Positions 14,458-27,182 of a stretch of 64,000 nucleotides of DNA are shown in pieces. A program made the translations under genes and the position numbers. The DNA is from the human T2T-CHM13v2.0 reference genome, Homo sapiens, in NCBI RefSeq assembly GCF_009914755.1, contig NC_060927.1, one strand, 5' to 3'. Numbering within the stretch: the first letter of the stretch is position 1; every line of letters begins with the position of its first letter. The notes beneath the pieces are model-generated. The model did no database searches. It was not told the DNA's origin and worked only from the letters and a program-made list of their open reading frames with translations.

Positions 14458-15069
14458 CTAAAGCAAGATATAATGAAGACCGAGAAGCCTTTAAAAACAG
14501 GCAACTTGTGAATAACCCTACCTTTTACTTGCTGATGGAAAATCTGAAAAAGAAATGAAATAAAAAGAGGAAGAGAATTATTTCCCAGCCTTTAGACTAG
14601 AAAATGTGTGTGCTTTTGTGTATAGCAGAAAATAGGAAAATATAGTGTCAGGCACTATAATTTAATCAACTATGTGTTAATTATTGTATGAACCTAGAAA
14701 AAGTTAAATCCTTATCCTTATAATACTTGTTTATGAGTCAGCAGTATAATTATTAGATATAAATCCAAAATATTGTGTCACAGAATTTAGTATTTCTATG
14801 TGTTGAATATAAGATATCCTAGGAAAAGCAGGTTACGTAATCCATGCACCATTCAGAGAAAAGAGCCCGTATGTAAATTTAGGTCTTTCTGTACATTTAA
14901 TCAATTTCAAAAAAGTAAAAGAATTAGCATGACTGTGTTGTTGTAAATAAATAAAGCAATGCAAATTTTCTCTTTGTGGAAGAGGTAGGGCAGAGTGGAC
15001 ATGGGCTCAATTATCTTACTAAACATAGAAAGTGGAAATTTTATCCCCAAAAAATTTTTTGAGTACCAA

Positions 15070-15830
15070 TTATAGAATGTACCAGTCAGTATTCTAGTCA
15101 CTAGGCTAACAAACTAACTCTTCAATGCATGGAGCTTACAATCAGAGAAATAACAGAAAAATTAAACAAATATTTACCAGATTATAAAAATAAGAAAAAG
15201 AAGAAAAAATAATGAAATGTGGATAAAGAAATTCAAGTGGATGTGGTATTCCATTTTTAAATAGGATCACACAGTAGTAATGAAATGAAACATTACAGTA
15301 CTATTTGAAAGAGGAGGTAAAATGAGTCAAACAAATATCTGGATGAAGAACATTCCAGGCAAAATGAACAGCCAATGCAAAGGCTGGAACATCCCTGGGG
15401 TATTTAGGAAACTGCAAGAAAGAAATTGTGTACTGAACCTGGTGATCAAGAGGCAAAATAATAATAAGATGAGGTGAGAGAGATAACGGTGGCCCTAACT
15501 GTAGGGTCTTATAGACCTCTGAAAGACAGGCTTGTACTTTGAGTGAGGAGCGAAGGCACGGACAGACTGACAGAGAAGTGATAATTTGACTTACATTTTA
15601 AGAGGATTATTCTGGCTGCTCTATTGAGCATAGATTGTGGGGTGAGGGCAGGTGAGTGGAATCAGGGAAAGAAATGAGAAAGCAATTGCAATAATCTATG
15701 TGAGAGGCAGTGCTGTCATAAAACAGGGTAGTAGCAATAGCGCTGGTGAACAGTTGCCAAAACTCCCAAAAATATTTAGAAGACAGAATATGTATTAATA
15801 TCAATTACACTGGAAAGTGTTTGAGAAAGT
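15070..15830 (-). mobile_element. L2 remnant
   Basis: catggagcttacaatc, gaagaacattccaggcaaaatgaacagccaatgcaaagg and ggattattctggctgct. Confidence 0.75.
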
Positions 15831-16421
15831 GAATGATGTCCATGTAGATCTTTACTCCTTTAATCTTATCCCCAAGAAAAGTTCAAATAAATCAACTTAT
15901 GGAATAGTGAGATCTCCAAAAAAATTACAGAGCCAAGAATTCAGCTGTATTTTTTATAATATCAGAGAATCAATCTTTGACTAAGGTAAGAGCAAATAAT
16001 GCCTCTCTACTTTTGCCCCATGTATTATTTATAATATGCTAAATATTAACCTGGTCTTATAATTATGTGATGGATAAAACTAAATCCAAAAATCTCATAT
16101 AACATCACAAGTAAACATAAAAAACTTAATGATTATAAAATTGCGTATATGATTCTTAAATAACAAACTTCAGAGACTTTTTCTTCTATGGAAACCACAA
16201 GACTGAAACTTTTCCATTTTCTTCAGTTTTTTTTTTTTTCTCCTGCTGTCAGTGTGGTAAAACATATCTATTATTTCAAAATAGGAAAATATTTACTGTT
16301 GCTTTTTGGCATTAGAGACTGACACTATATGCTTGTTTTATAGTCTAAAATTAAGGAAGAGATAAGTTACAAACAATGAAATCACATTCTGTTTTCCTGA
16401 AAGTTATAAACATGTATCACC

Positions 16422-16935
16422 TGGTAGGCAACTTTATAAACTGGCTCACGATAATTCCCACCTGCTTAATAGTATTCACATCGTTGTAAAATCTCTTCCC
16501 TTTGAGTAAGAACTGGACCTTTGTGACTTGCTTGTAACAAAGAATAGGTCAAAAGTGATAGATATCACTTCTCTGATTAGGTTACAAAATTCTGTGGCTT
16601 CCATCTTGCTAGCATTCTCTCTTACTGGTACTCCCTTTTATGCCCTCTCCTCAGCTAGCTGATATGTTGTAAGATGCTCTCTGGAAAAGCTCAAAGAACA
16701 GGGAAGTAAGAAAGGCCTCCAGGCAACAGCTCATGAGAGACTGAGTCCTGCCAATGATGGGGATTCTTTACAGAAGAGCCTTGAGATGACTGCAGCCCTG
16801 TGAGATTGCCAGAGCCACAGGACCCAGATAAGCCACACCTAGACTCCAGACCCACATGTGAAATAATAAATCTGTATCAACTTAAACTGCTAGATTTTGG
16901 GGTAATATGTTATGCAGCGATAGGTAACTAGTACA
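16422..16935 (+). mobile_element. MLT1F-like MaLR LTR
   Basis: gtattcacatcgttgtaaaatctcttccctttgag...gattaggttacaaaattctgtggcttccatcttg, ending gttatgcagcgataggtaactagtaca. Confidence 0.85.
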
Positions 16936-17904
16936 CAGTACATTTAGTCCATAAATTAAAGAATTATGAAAACAAGAGTGAATAAACACTTTTAAGTAGA
17001 TCACTTAATTACTTTAATATCTTGACTTTTTAATGCCATTCCTAAGAGAGAATGGTCAACTATAAATGAAGCAACAAAAATAGGCTTTTGAGAACAATAA
17101 ACTCAAGTATATCCAGTTGAGGGAATGATTCAGTCAGAATGAGAACACAGTAAACAGCTGAAATGGAAGCTATAGCTTTCCATTTTGGTTTAATACCTAT
17201 AGTTATACGATAAAAGTGTGGCAGCAACTATGAATTCATTATCATTCTACCCTGTTAATGTTTTGTGATTTTAAGACTCCTTCAACTCAGAGGAGTGTGT
17301 TAGATGCCTTTAAGAGTTTGACAAATGGATAGAAATCTTCCTATTTGCTATTCCTTCCCCTTTTATCTCTGTTTCCATCCCCCAACCGCTAAAATTTAGT
17401 CTTACACTTAAATGATATTGAACAAGAAGACTCATTCCATACTAAGAGGCTATAAAGTACTATAAGGCAGATATAATTATCTTCATATATTATAAAGTTA
17501 GGCATGGAATATAAGCAAAGTCTAATATCAATATTGAGTAAAACTATTAATGACACATTCTCTGAGAAGTGTGGTCCATCTCTAGTTACAAACAATGAAA
17601 GGATTATAAAGATGGGTTTTTCTTATGGATTTGGTTATTATGACTCAATGTAATATTCTTGCTTTACACTCAGTTACCTTAAACAATAAGTTCTTGTACA
17701 AGTTTAAAACAGAATATTATTCTCAATGCAACTAGCAACCACCCATTAACAGTGGGAAATGGGATAACTAGCTAGTTCTCGTGCCTATTTTCAATGTCTT
17801 TCACAAGATGTGTGTTAAATTGAGCTTTATTCTCCTATAGTATTTCCTCTGGCTACAATTCTCAAAATACAGAAGACTTCTTTATGCTACAGCTTATAGT
17901 TAGC

Positions 17905-18060
17905 TTATTTAGAAACCCAGTGCTGCTACTTGTTAGCAATGTAATGTTTGGGGAGTTACCTAATACCTTTGAACTTTAATTTTTTTATCTATAAGATGGT
18001 AATCATAAACTAGAGCACAAATGGTTTTTCTTAATGTTCATGCAAGATAATAAAAATGGG
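17905..18060 (+). mobile_element. MIR fragment
   Basis: cccagtgctgctacttgttagc...ttatctataagatggtaat. Confidence 0.6.
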
Positions 18061-19889
18061 ACTTACTAACTCAAATCTTAATTTAAAAGCATGAGAGTAT
18101 TAATGTAATATTATGTACTGTGCCACACTACAGTGGAGGAGAAATGAGTACATGAATATTTGCTCTCTCATTTGTGGAAAGAAAAGGGATTATTATAATA
18201 AATACGTATTAAACCTAGTAGCAGACTGGTCATTTTAAAATTTGTCTTTCTGCTGATATATTATTAGGATACATCATGGAAATGTACCTTATTCTAATAA
18301 AACCAGTAACATCAAGGAAGGTAAGTTAATGTCTCACAAATAAAGAGTTAACAGTAAGTGGTCCAAATACATCGAATTAAAATAGCAGCTTGTGGTCTCT
18401 GCATTCATATCTTTAAATTCAATCTCAGAATAAATTACTGGGAGTTTTCTCATGGAGCTCACTAAGTCCTTGGCCCTGGATTACCTCTTGCCATGCACCC
18501 TAAGGAGAAGTTTCCTGTGCATTTGACTGCACAGAGATAAAAGACCAGGTAACCTTATTCAAAGTACATTTTTTTTTCCTTTAGTGAACAGGCAGTAAAG
18601 ACCTCTGAGATCCTTGTATACTGCTTCTTAGATCACCCAGAATAACTATATATAGTCGAAGATGGAATTTGCTTAAGAATGGTAGCTAAGGAAAAATGAC
18701 TTTAATATGAATGAATCAGGTGTCAGTCGGTGTCTGGCACTGTAGGCTCATTTGGAACATTAAAAACCCATCACTTACTGCACATAGTTTATGATAATTA
18801 AGGCCTTCCAGACTGCCCACTTGGTCCTTTAAATAACTTTCTAAACCATACTGTCCTTTATGTCGATAAGAATGCCATAAACATTTAACAAGAAATTTTA
18901 GGTAAGATCTGTTTTTCTTCAACAATTTAGTTTTAATTTTTTAAATATATGTAAAAGAATCTTATTGTTAGAGGTGACAGAATAAAGGCATTTCTATGTC
19001 ACTTTCTTCCCTGAAACCTATAAAACTACAAAATGCATGAAGCTCAAATAAGGATTTTCTATCTTCACTGAAGGCATGAAAAACCAACCTGATTGCAAGC
19101 CTCAATCTATAAATAACTGCCCAAAACAGTGATCTTGGGACCAATTTGTGTCATGAGGCCTAAACTAGATCTCTATATATCTGTGTCTGTTTCTGTATGT
19201 CTGCATCTGCGCCTGTGTCTGTGTGTCTCTTTGTCTATATCTACATCTACATCTATATGCTAATATGTACCAAACTAGATGGTACACACCGAAATGTCTG
19301 TAACGCTAAATAGTTGAGGATGACTCATCATTTATTTGAGATGAGAAGCTTAATGATCTGAATGGGTTATGAAAAACTCCTTGAGCCTTATTCCACACTG
19401 CCGGGTGGCAGAAAATGAGGCCAAATGAGTCGTCAACACATATTCACAAGAACATGCTGCACATAGAAGGAGTGAAGGGGACAATCAGTGTCACAACAGC
19501 TGAGCCTGAAACACTAAATGCAAAAATCTAAGGTAATTGAAAACAAAAGCTTATGAGAGAATTACTCACTCTAGTCCAAGCTTATTTCCGTTTCACCTGA
19601 AATGCTCAAAGCAATGAGTTGATGATGGTGTACATACCTGCTCATATTTGATGGGGTAAGAAAGTATTCAGAGACATAATTCCTTCTCACGTTATTCTTC
19701 GGCAAAGAGCTTATCCAAACAGCTCTTTTGGCCCCACTAGAAAATGAGACAAAATCAGAATGGAATCTGCATCAAAACTAGAGATATTTTAACATAAAAG
19801 GAGGACAAATGAAGGGTTATCTATTAGAATAAGAGTTTGTAAGAAAAAATTAAAAATATTTTATATAAATGACATTAAGGAAATCTTAA

Positions 19890-20184
<295 letters not shown>

Positions 20185-21309
20185 AAAAAGGCCTTTTTAA
20201 GACAAAATATCAAAGAAAAGATAAAAATCAAATAAAAATAATAAAAAAGGGAGATAAATAAGCCAAGTAAATGAAAGGTCAGCAGAAAAAAAGAAAAAAC
20301 AAACATGAAATTAAAAATCATCTTATAAACAGCAGGATTTATAGTAGACAGAACTGAAAACATAGAATTGGACATAGAAAAAGAGTTGAGGTAATAGAAG
20401 CAGATCAAAGCATATTCACATACCACTGGCAGCCAAGAACTTTCAAATAACTTGTCCTTGCACACTACTTTGTAACCCTAGGATAGCTCAGGTTCAGGGA
20501 GGGACTCATGAATGGCCAAGGATGAAATTACCAACACACACTGAGTTGGACACTCTCAGTCAAAGGTTGATATATCAACCTTTGATAGGATCAAAATACT
20601 TATTCACATCACATCAAAAAAGCAAATAAAATGCAACTTAATTTTCCATAGCTGATGCAATTTTCCTCACATGTTTCTCAAGCTCTTGGACAATAGCAAA
20701 ACTTTATCTTATCCATTTTTCTCACTGTCTCTTCTGGTATATGCAGACTTTAAACAATCCCTTTCAGGTAAATGCTGACTCTTTCACTCTGCTGCTTCTT
20801 TCTATGTCCTCTTAAGATGCCATCTTGCTCTGCAAAAGAGCTTACTGAGTCTTTATGAAGGTAAAACAGAGGGCCTCACATTCACATTTAGATCCTTTTG
20901 CTGCCCTTTGAGTCTTTGATGTTCTCTTCAATGATGGTAGCCCTTGTCAACTTGTTACATCTTGCCCTAGGGCAGTGACACCACACACAACCCAAGTGTG
21001 AGGCCCTCAAAGTTGTGGCTAATACATCTTAGTCCCAGAAAAGTTAAAGTTTCTGCCTTGTGTCCTGCCTATACCTTAAAGAGTTCCACTCTGGACCTAT
21101 TCTAACTGCATCTCTCTCCTGGGCTGAGGAGTCCATTGAGTGATGGAGGCATGAGCCTGTGTGCTCACCTTCTAAAACATAGTATAAGTATACTGGATCT
21201 CAGAATTCCATGACCAAATGGGCCCTGAGACCATTTCCAAGCACAAGTCTCTTCGCCTGGTCCATCCTTCTAGGGGCAGAGTCTGTAGCACTTATGTACA
21301 GACCTGGGC

Positions 21310-21870
21310 CGACAAACTTTAAAGTGGCCACATGATCAATGCTTTCTGGTGTTCACACCTTGTATAATCCCCAACACTCTCCCCTTGACTGTAAGAGGAA
21401 CCTGTGACTAATTCTAACCAAAAGAGTATGACAAAGGCAATGAGATGTCACTATATGATTACCTTATGCTATATGACAAAAGTGGTGGTATATCACTGTC
21501 ATGATTTAATTAGGTTAGATTGGAGTGATTGGACATTGCTACCTGACTCATAAGAAAGCCTTATTCTCCTTATTGCCTTCTAGAAAACAAACTATGAATC
21601 CTATACCCTCCAGAAAATGAATTCTCTCAACACACTGAGGGGCTTGGAAGCGAATCCTTCCCCATTTATGCCTGAAGATGAAGATGCTGCTGACACCTTA
21701 ATTGCCATGATGGTAAACTCCTACTCAGGGCACCCGGCTAAACTGTGCCTTGATTACTAACAAGGAAATATTTTGTTGATTTTAGTTGAATTCTTTTTTC
21801 ATTTGGTTGCTAAAAGAAACTGTGGGTATAGTTTGTGGTATTTTTTTGTGCAACGTAGAAGACTATTACA
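21310..21870 (+). mobile_element. MLT1E-like MaLR LTR
   Basis: ctggtgttcacaccttgtataatcccc...gaacctgtgactaattctaacc, ending gtagaagactattaca. Confidence 0.8.
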
Positions 21871-23256
21871 GCATCCCTAGGCCAAAGAGGTGGCCAGGGA
21901 GAGGGTTGTTGGGAGAACCAAATGCAGTTTGGATGTGTAGTACATAGGTAAGACCATTGTTTTTCTATCAAGAAAGTCAGCTGTGAAATACTGAAAAATG
22001 ATCATTTTGCTGTAGGAGGAACTCTGCGTTACTGGGGCTATAAACCTTATAGCTAAACTTTGAAGGCAAAAGGCTAAAAGGATACATTAAGGGGAACTAA
22101 ACATACTGATTTACTAGCAACCAAATGAAAAAAGAATTCAACTAAAATCAACAAAATATTTTCTTGTGACTTTAATAGAAAACTTTTTAAAATCTAAGTT
22201 TGTATGCTGAGTGTAGTTTGCTAGATGTAATCATAACTCATGATCTTAGCTAGCATTCCACCAACTGGTACAATTTTGAAAGTGCTACATAGATAAATAA
22301 CTTTGGAAAATGTCACGTTAGATTACCATGAAAGCAAAAATATCCTGAGGCTGTCTGTACAACAATCACTATAAAACATGTCTACCTACTGCAAAAAGGA
22401 AATCAAAGTTAGATCAATTGGTCTAAATATAAACATATGTAAACATCTAGCAAAACCAGGAGTTTTAACTGAAGTTGCGAGGTAAAGTGAAGAGGAGAAT
22501 CCGAAGTTATTGTGGCTTCTTCTCTTATTTCAAATAGTAGTAGACAAGGAAACAGGAGAGGAAAAAGAAAGAGGCGGACATGAAGGTTAGTGCAAGGAGG
22601 TCATTTGTGTAAATAGTTGGGAAATTTAGTTTTGAGGATAAGCTGTGTTTATTTCAAGTGTCACAGAAATCTAGACATGGCTGGTGGCCTAGTGAGGTAG
22701 AATGCATAAGGAGCTTTTTTATTGAAGGAACAACATGCCTCCTTGGACAGCCCAGAAAGAGAACCTAGCACATAGGTGTTGTCCAACCAAAATGCCCGAG
22801 ATGTTTGTAAATGTCCAGTTAAAAAAAAGAAACCTCCAAGTGCTGTTGCCAAGTGACAGACTAAATCTGAATAAATCTGGAGGGAAACTGGGTGGTTAGC
22901 AAAGAAAGCCTGTGAGAAGCCAAAAGGTGAATCAGCATCTTCTAAGTTTTGCAGAGAACACAGGACACGTGGTTTCACCAGCCATGCCCCAGTAGAGCGG
23001 CGAGTAGAACATCTGGTGGCAACACAGGTCTTTACCAGGAGAACAGGGTAAGAAAGTGCAGAGACTAATTTGTGAGCAACAGAAGAAATGTCCAAATTCT
23101 TCACCCAGCTTCAATGGGAGTGACTGAAGCGTGCAGACTCTGGGTGGCTGGGGTAAGCTGAGATGTGTTTGTCCACACAGGTGAAACACCACATATGGAC
23201 TACAAAAGATAAGTGAAATGGACTTAAAGGGAGCTAGAAGCACAGAAATTCAGGCT

Positions 23257-23259
<3 letters not shown>

Positions 23260-23288
<29 letters not shown>
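23260..23288. repeat. (A)29 homopolymer
   Basis: Read directly. Confidence 0.95.
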
Positions 23289-23497
23289 CAGAAAAATAAG
23301 GAACATGACTCAGAATATGTCCCTATTTTGTATGCCCAAGATTAATGTGTCCCAGGAGCGGGGTTAAATGGTCAAATGTGAGTCTTATTTAAAATCTGGC
23401 TTATAAATCAAAGTTAATTTTTACTTCAAAAATCCAATTACTTTTTCATTTGTTAGAATTTTATATATAGGGCAATGCCATGTGTGTAAAGACATTA

Positions 23498-23536
23498 TGT
23501 GTGTGTGTGTGTCTGTGTGTGTGTGTGTGTGTGTGT
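23498..23536. repeat. (TG)n microsatellite with one TC interruption
   Basis: Read directly. Confidence 0.95.
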
Positions 23537-23725
23537 ATTTGTTTATGCATAAAGTATCTCTGGAAAGAAACTTGAGCTGGTAACAATGATTGCTTCTGGG
23601 GAAGGAAACTGGGAAGTGGTTTAAGAAGGGAAAGTTGACTTATTTTTAACTTTGTACACAATTATGTCTTTTGAACATTTTTACCATGCACATATTTCCT
23701 ATTCATAAAATTCATAAAATTTAAT
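23537..23725 (+). mobile_element. L1ME-type 3' end remnant
   Basis: tctctggaaagaaac...ctggtaacaatgattgcttctggggaagg...tttaccatgcacatat. Confidence 0.6.
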
Positions 23726-23922
23726 TATGAACAAAATAGAGCTGTCAGTGTGTTAATGACTTTTTCACAAACTAAAAATATTTTATATATATATGTCAAT
23801 AAATGAGAGAGCAGCTAATCCTTGTCTTTTATTTATTTATTTATTTATTTATTTTTAAATAGGAGTAAAGATGAGGTTACATGGGTAAACCTATTGTTTC
23901 AGAGTAGACAACAGTGTGATTA

Positions 23923-24282
<360 letters not shown>

Positions 24283-24518
24283 TCACCATAAAAATGATTT
24301 GATTATGGGATGATAACTTTTTAATGTCTCATTTTTATTTTTCCCTACCTTCTAGGAAACTCAGGTGGGCAATGCTAACTTGCAGTCTCTGGTACAAGTA
24401 ATTTTCTATTTCTTCTATACAAATTCTTATCTCTTTTTATCTTTCAGTTCAGAGTGGCTATTTTATGTAGTGGTTTTTATTAGTCATCACCTTGAATATG
24501 CTCTGGTGGTAGAGACTG

Positions 24519-24664
24519 CTTAAATTTTAAGAAGTAAAACCAAGTAAAATAATGGATTGGACAACGCATTCCAAGACAATATTTTCAAAAACTTAAATTT
24601 TAAGAAGTAAAACCAAGTAAAATAATGGATTGGACAACGCATTCCAAGACAGTATTTTCAAAAA
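24519..24664. repeat. Tandem duplication, 2 x 73 bp with one mismatch
   Basis: Copies are 24519-24591 and 24592-24664. They differ only at 24579 (A) versus 24652 (G). Confidence 0.97.
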
Positions 24665-25026
24665 CTCTTAGCTAAAATTATATGTATTAAGCTCCCTAGA
24701 GTTCATATGGCAATGCGTATAAATTCCCTTTACAAAAATAGTATTTAGTCCTCAGTAATCTGTCTTCAGTTACTAGAGAAAAACATGCCTTGTTGGTCAG
24801 TCTTAAAAGAAAGCTAATGACTTCCTGGGCAGGATAAATATAACAGGCACATTTTGAATACATACTGAGAGCTGGCTTACTTTATAAGTTTGCTCACCTG
24901 GGAAGTTATAAACCTAAATTGTCCTTCAAGCATTTTCGAGAGACATTGAACCAGGCCTAAGCACTCAGCAGCATAGGCAAAGGGAGTTTGTATTGGGACT
25001 TTTCAAGGTTTGATCTACCTTGTCTT

Positions 25027-25254
25027 ACGTGGTTCTCAACTAACGGTGCTTTTGCCACACCACCCCTACTCAAGAGACATTTGGTAATTTCTGGATATAT
25101 TTGTGGTTGTCACAACGTGGGGTGGAGGGTGAAACTGACATTTATTAGGTAAGGGCCAGGATTACTGCTAAACAACCTACAATGTATAGACTAGCCTCAC
25201 AACAAAAGATTGTTCATTTCAAAATGTCAGTAAAAGCCAGGTTGAGAAATCCTG
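25027..25254 (+). mobile_element. MER20 hAT-Charlie DNA transposon
   Basis: gtggttctcaac...gacatttggtaatttctgga...ggttgtcacaac...gctaaacaacctacaatg...ggttgagaaatcctg. Confidence 0.88.
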
Positions 25255-26630
25255 GTCTAGATCTATTCTTCTCTTGGGTTTTGCTGCCTCTCTAGGTGTT
25301 GTGCAAGACAATAGGGCACACCTTTCTCTCTTTGCTTTGCTTGATAGTAAGGAGAAAGTGGAGAGCCAAGAGTGGAAACACTTCTCACGTTCGGCCTGCT
25401 TTGGGCTACAATGCCGATATATCAATGCTCAGGAAAACTTTCACACTCTGAGGCTGAGGTATTGAAATCAACAAAATAGTTCTCTGCATGTTATTCTACC
25501 AGATTCCTTCCCTCAGGTAAGAGCTTACAGCATGCCATTTGCTTGAATAGAGGAGAAGAATAGGGCAAAATGCAGGCGGGTAAAATAATGGATTAATATT
25601 GTTAACAAAATATTATTTCACCCCTCCAGTATGACAGAAATGTTACAAGGATTCAGGGAGAGAATGTGTGGAGCATCTGGTTTCTTCTGGCATATAAAGA
25701 GTCTAAAGAAAAGGTGAGAACAGAATACATGTAAGACAAAGGTGCTACTTTGGATGGCAGAATTAGGTGATTATGAAGTCATTGGATGAAATTTGGAAAG
25801 CTCAAAAAATCTAGATAATTAAATTCATGGTTCTACTTCAAACCAATGTTTTGTTTTTGGCATTTTCTACTTACTCAAATATTTCTTTTAATTAGGGGAG
25901 GGAGTAGTATTAAGAGTCATCTTTTTTCTTTTTTCTACCTAGTATTTTCCTAGGGCTCCTAATGAATACAAAATTTTTAAGGAATTGAAAAGTAGATATA
26001 TGGGGTTGGCTAATTTCCATATCTGCTAAAGTATTCTCTGAATGTGTAACACCTTAGAAATATACATCATGTTTCCAAAGACAAGGTTAAAAATAGACAC
26101 GAAACAGAACACACACAGATGTTGAAATTCTAAAATATTAGCAGTACACTTTCACTAATCTTCACGTACCTCACCTCTGAATTTTTCGTTAAAAATGATA
26201 GACAAATATTTAAGAACACTTTGATATTTCTTTTTAAAACAATGCATATCTAATAATTGCATGTAATGATATACAATCAATTTTTTATTGCTATGTGTTG
26301 GAAAACGATATTCATTGATATGATAAACATACACTAGATGCTTCCTTATCATTAGATAAGGAAAGGACAAATAAATTTTTTTTATTTTAACACTTTCTTC
26401 TTCTAAGGAAGACTGTAGCAAGAAAATATATTCTAGATACAGGTATAAACAGAGATCATTATTCATGTAGAAAGACGAAGAAATACGAAGGATTACGGTA
26501 CTTACAAAAACTTTATTGTAATGTTCTTTAACTCACACAGACACTAGTAAGCTAGTAGTGTGGTAACCTAGTGGATCTGGCATAATTACCTTTCCAGAAA
26601 ACTATTGAGAGGTGACAACTTGCTAGCAGC

Positions 26631-26960
26631 CTTCGCTCGCTCTCCGCGCCTCCTCGGCCTCGGCGTCTCGGGTCGCGCTGGAGGAGCCCTTCACCCTGCC
26701 GCTGCGCTGTGGCGGCCGCTCTCTGGGGCTGGCCGAGGCGGGAGCCGGCTCCCTCTGCTGGCGGGGAGGTGTGGAGGCGCAGACGGGAACCGGGGTGGCG
26801 CGCGGCCCTCGCAGGCCTGCGGAGGTTCCAGGTGGGCGCGGACTCGGCGGGCCCCGCCCTCGGTGCAGCCGGTCGGCGCCTGCAGGGCTTGATCGGGGGA
26901 CGAGCACCCTCTGGGATGCCAGAGTGCCCGGGATAGGTGCTGCAAAGTCCTGGGGCGAGT
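26631..26960. promoter_or_regulatory. Small CpG island inside LTR12
   Basis: About 39 CpG in about 330 bp by hand count, and very GC-rich against an AT-rich background. GC box gccccgccc at 26851-26859. Confidence 0.85.
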
Positions 26961-27039
26961 GCCAGTGAGAGGTGAAGCAGGCTGGGCTTCTGGGAAGGGT
27001 GGGGACTTGAACTTTTCCGTCTAGCTAAAGGATTGTAAA

Positions 27040-27182
27040 CGCACCAATCAGCTCTCTGTCAAAATGGACCAATCAGCTCTCTGTAAAATGGACCAATCTG
27101 CTCTCTGTAAAGTGGACCAATCAGCTCTCTGTAAAGTGGACCAATCAGCAGGATGTGGGTGGGGCCAGATAAGGCAATAAAA
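27040..27182 (+). promoter_or_regulatory. ERV9-type core promoter: five CCAAT boxes, GT-box, GATA site and AATAAA TATA-like box
   Basis: CCAAT at 27044, 27069, 27093, 27117 and 27141 (24-25 bp period). gggtggggc at 27157-27165, agataa at 27167-27172, aataaaa at 27176-27182. Confidence 0.75.

Noticed and set aside
22661-23104. Longest ORF (147 aa, minus strand)
   Set aside because: Non-ATG start, no recognisable domain, no exon structure. An ORF of this length can arise by chance in 64 kb.
26605-26968. Five overlapping ORFs
   Set aside because: An artefact of stop-poor GC-rich LTR12 sequence.
27040-27150. 24-bp repeats resembling a CRISPR array
   Set aside because: These are direct tandem units without unique spacers, the standard LTR12 CCAAT repeats in eukaryotic DNA.
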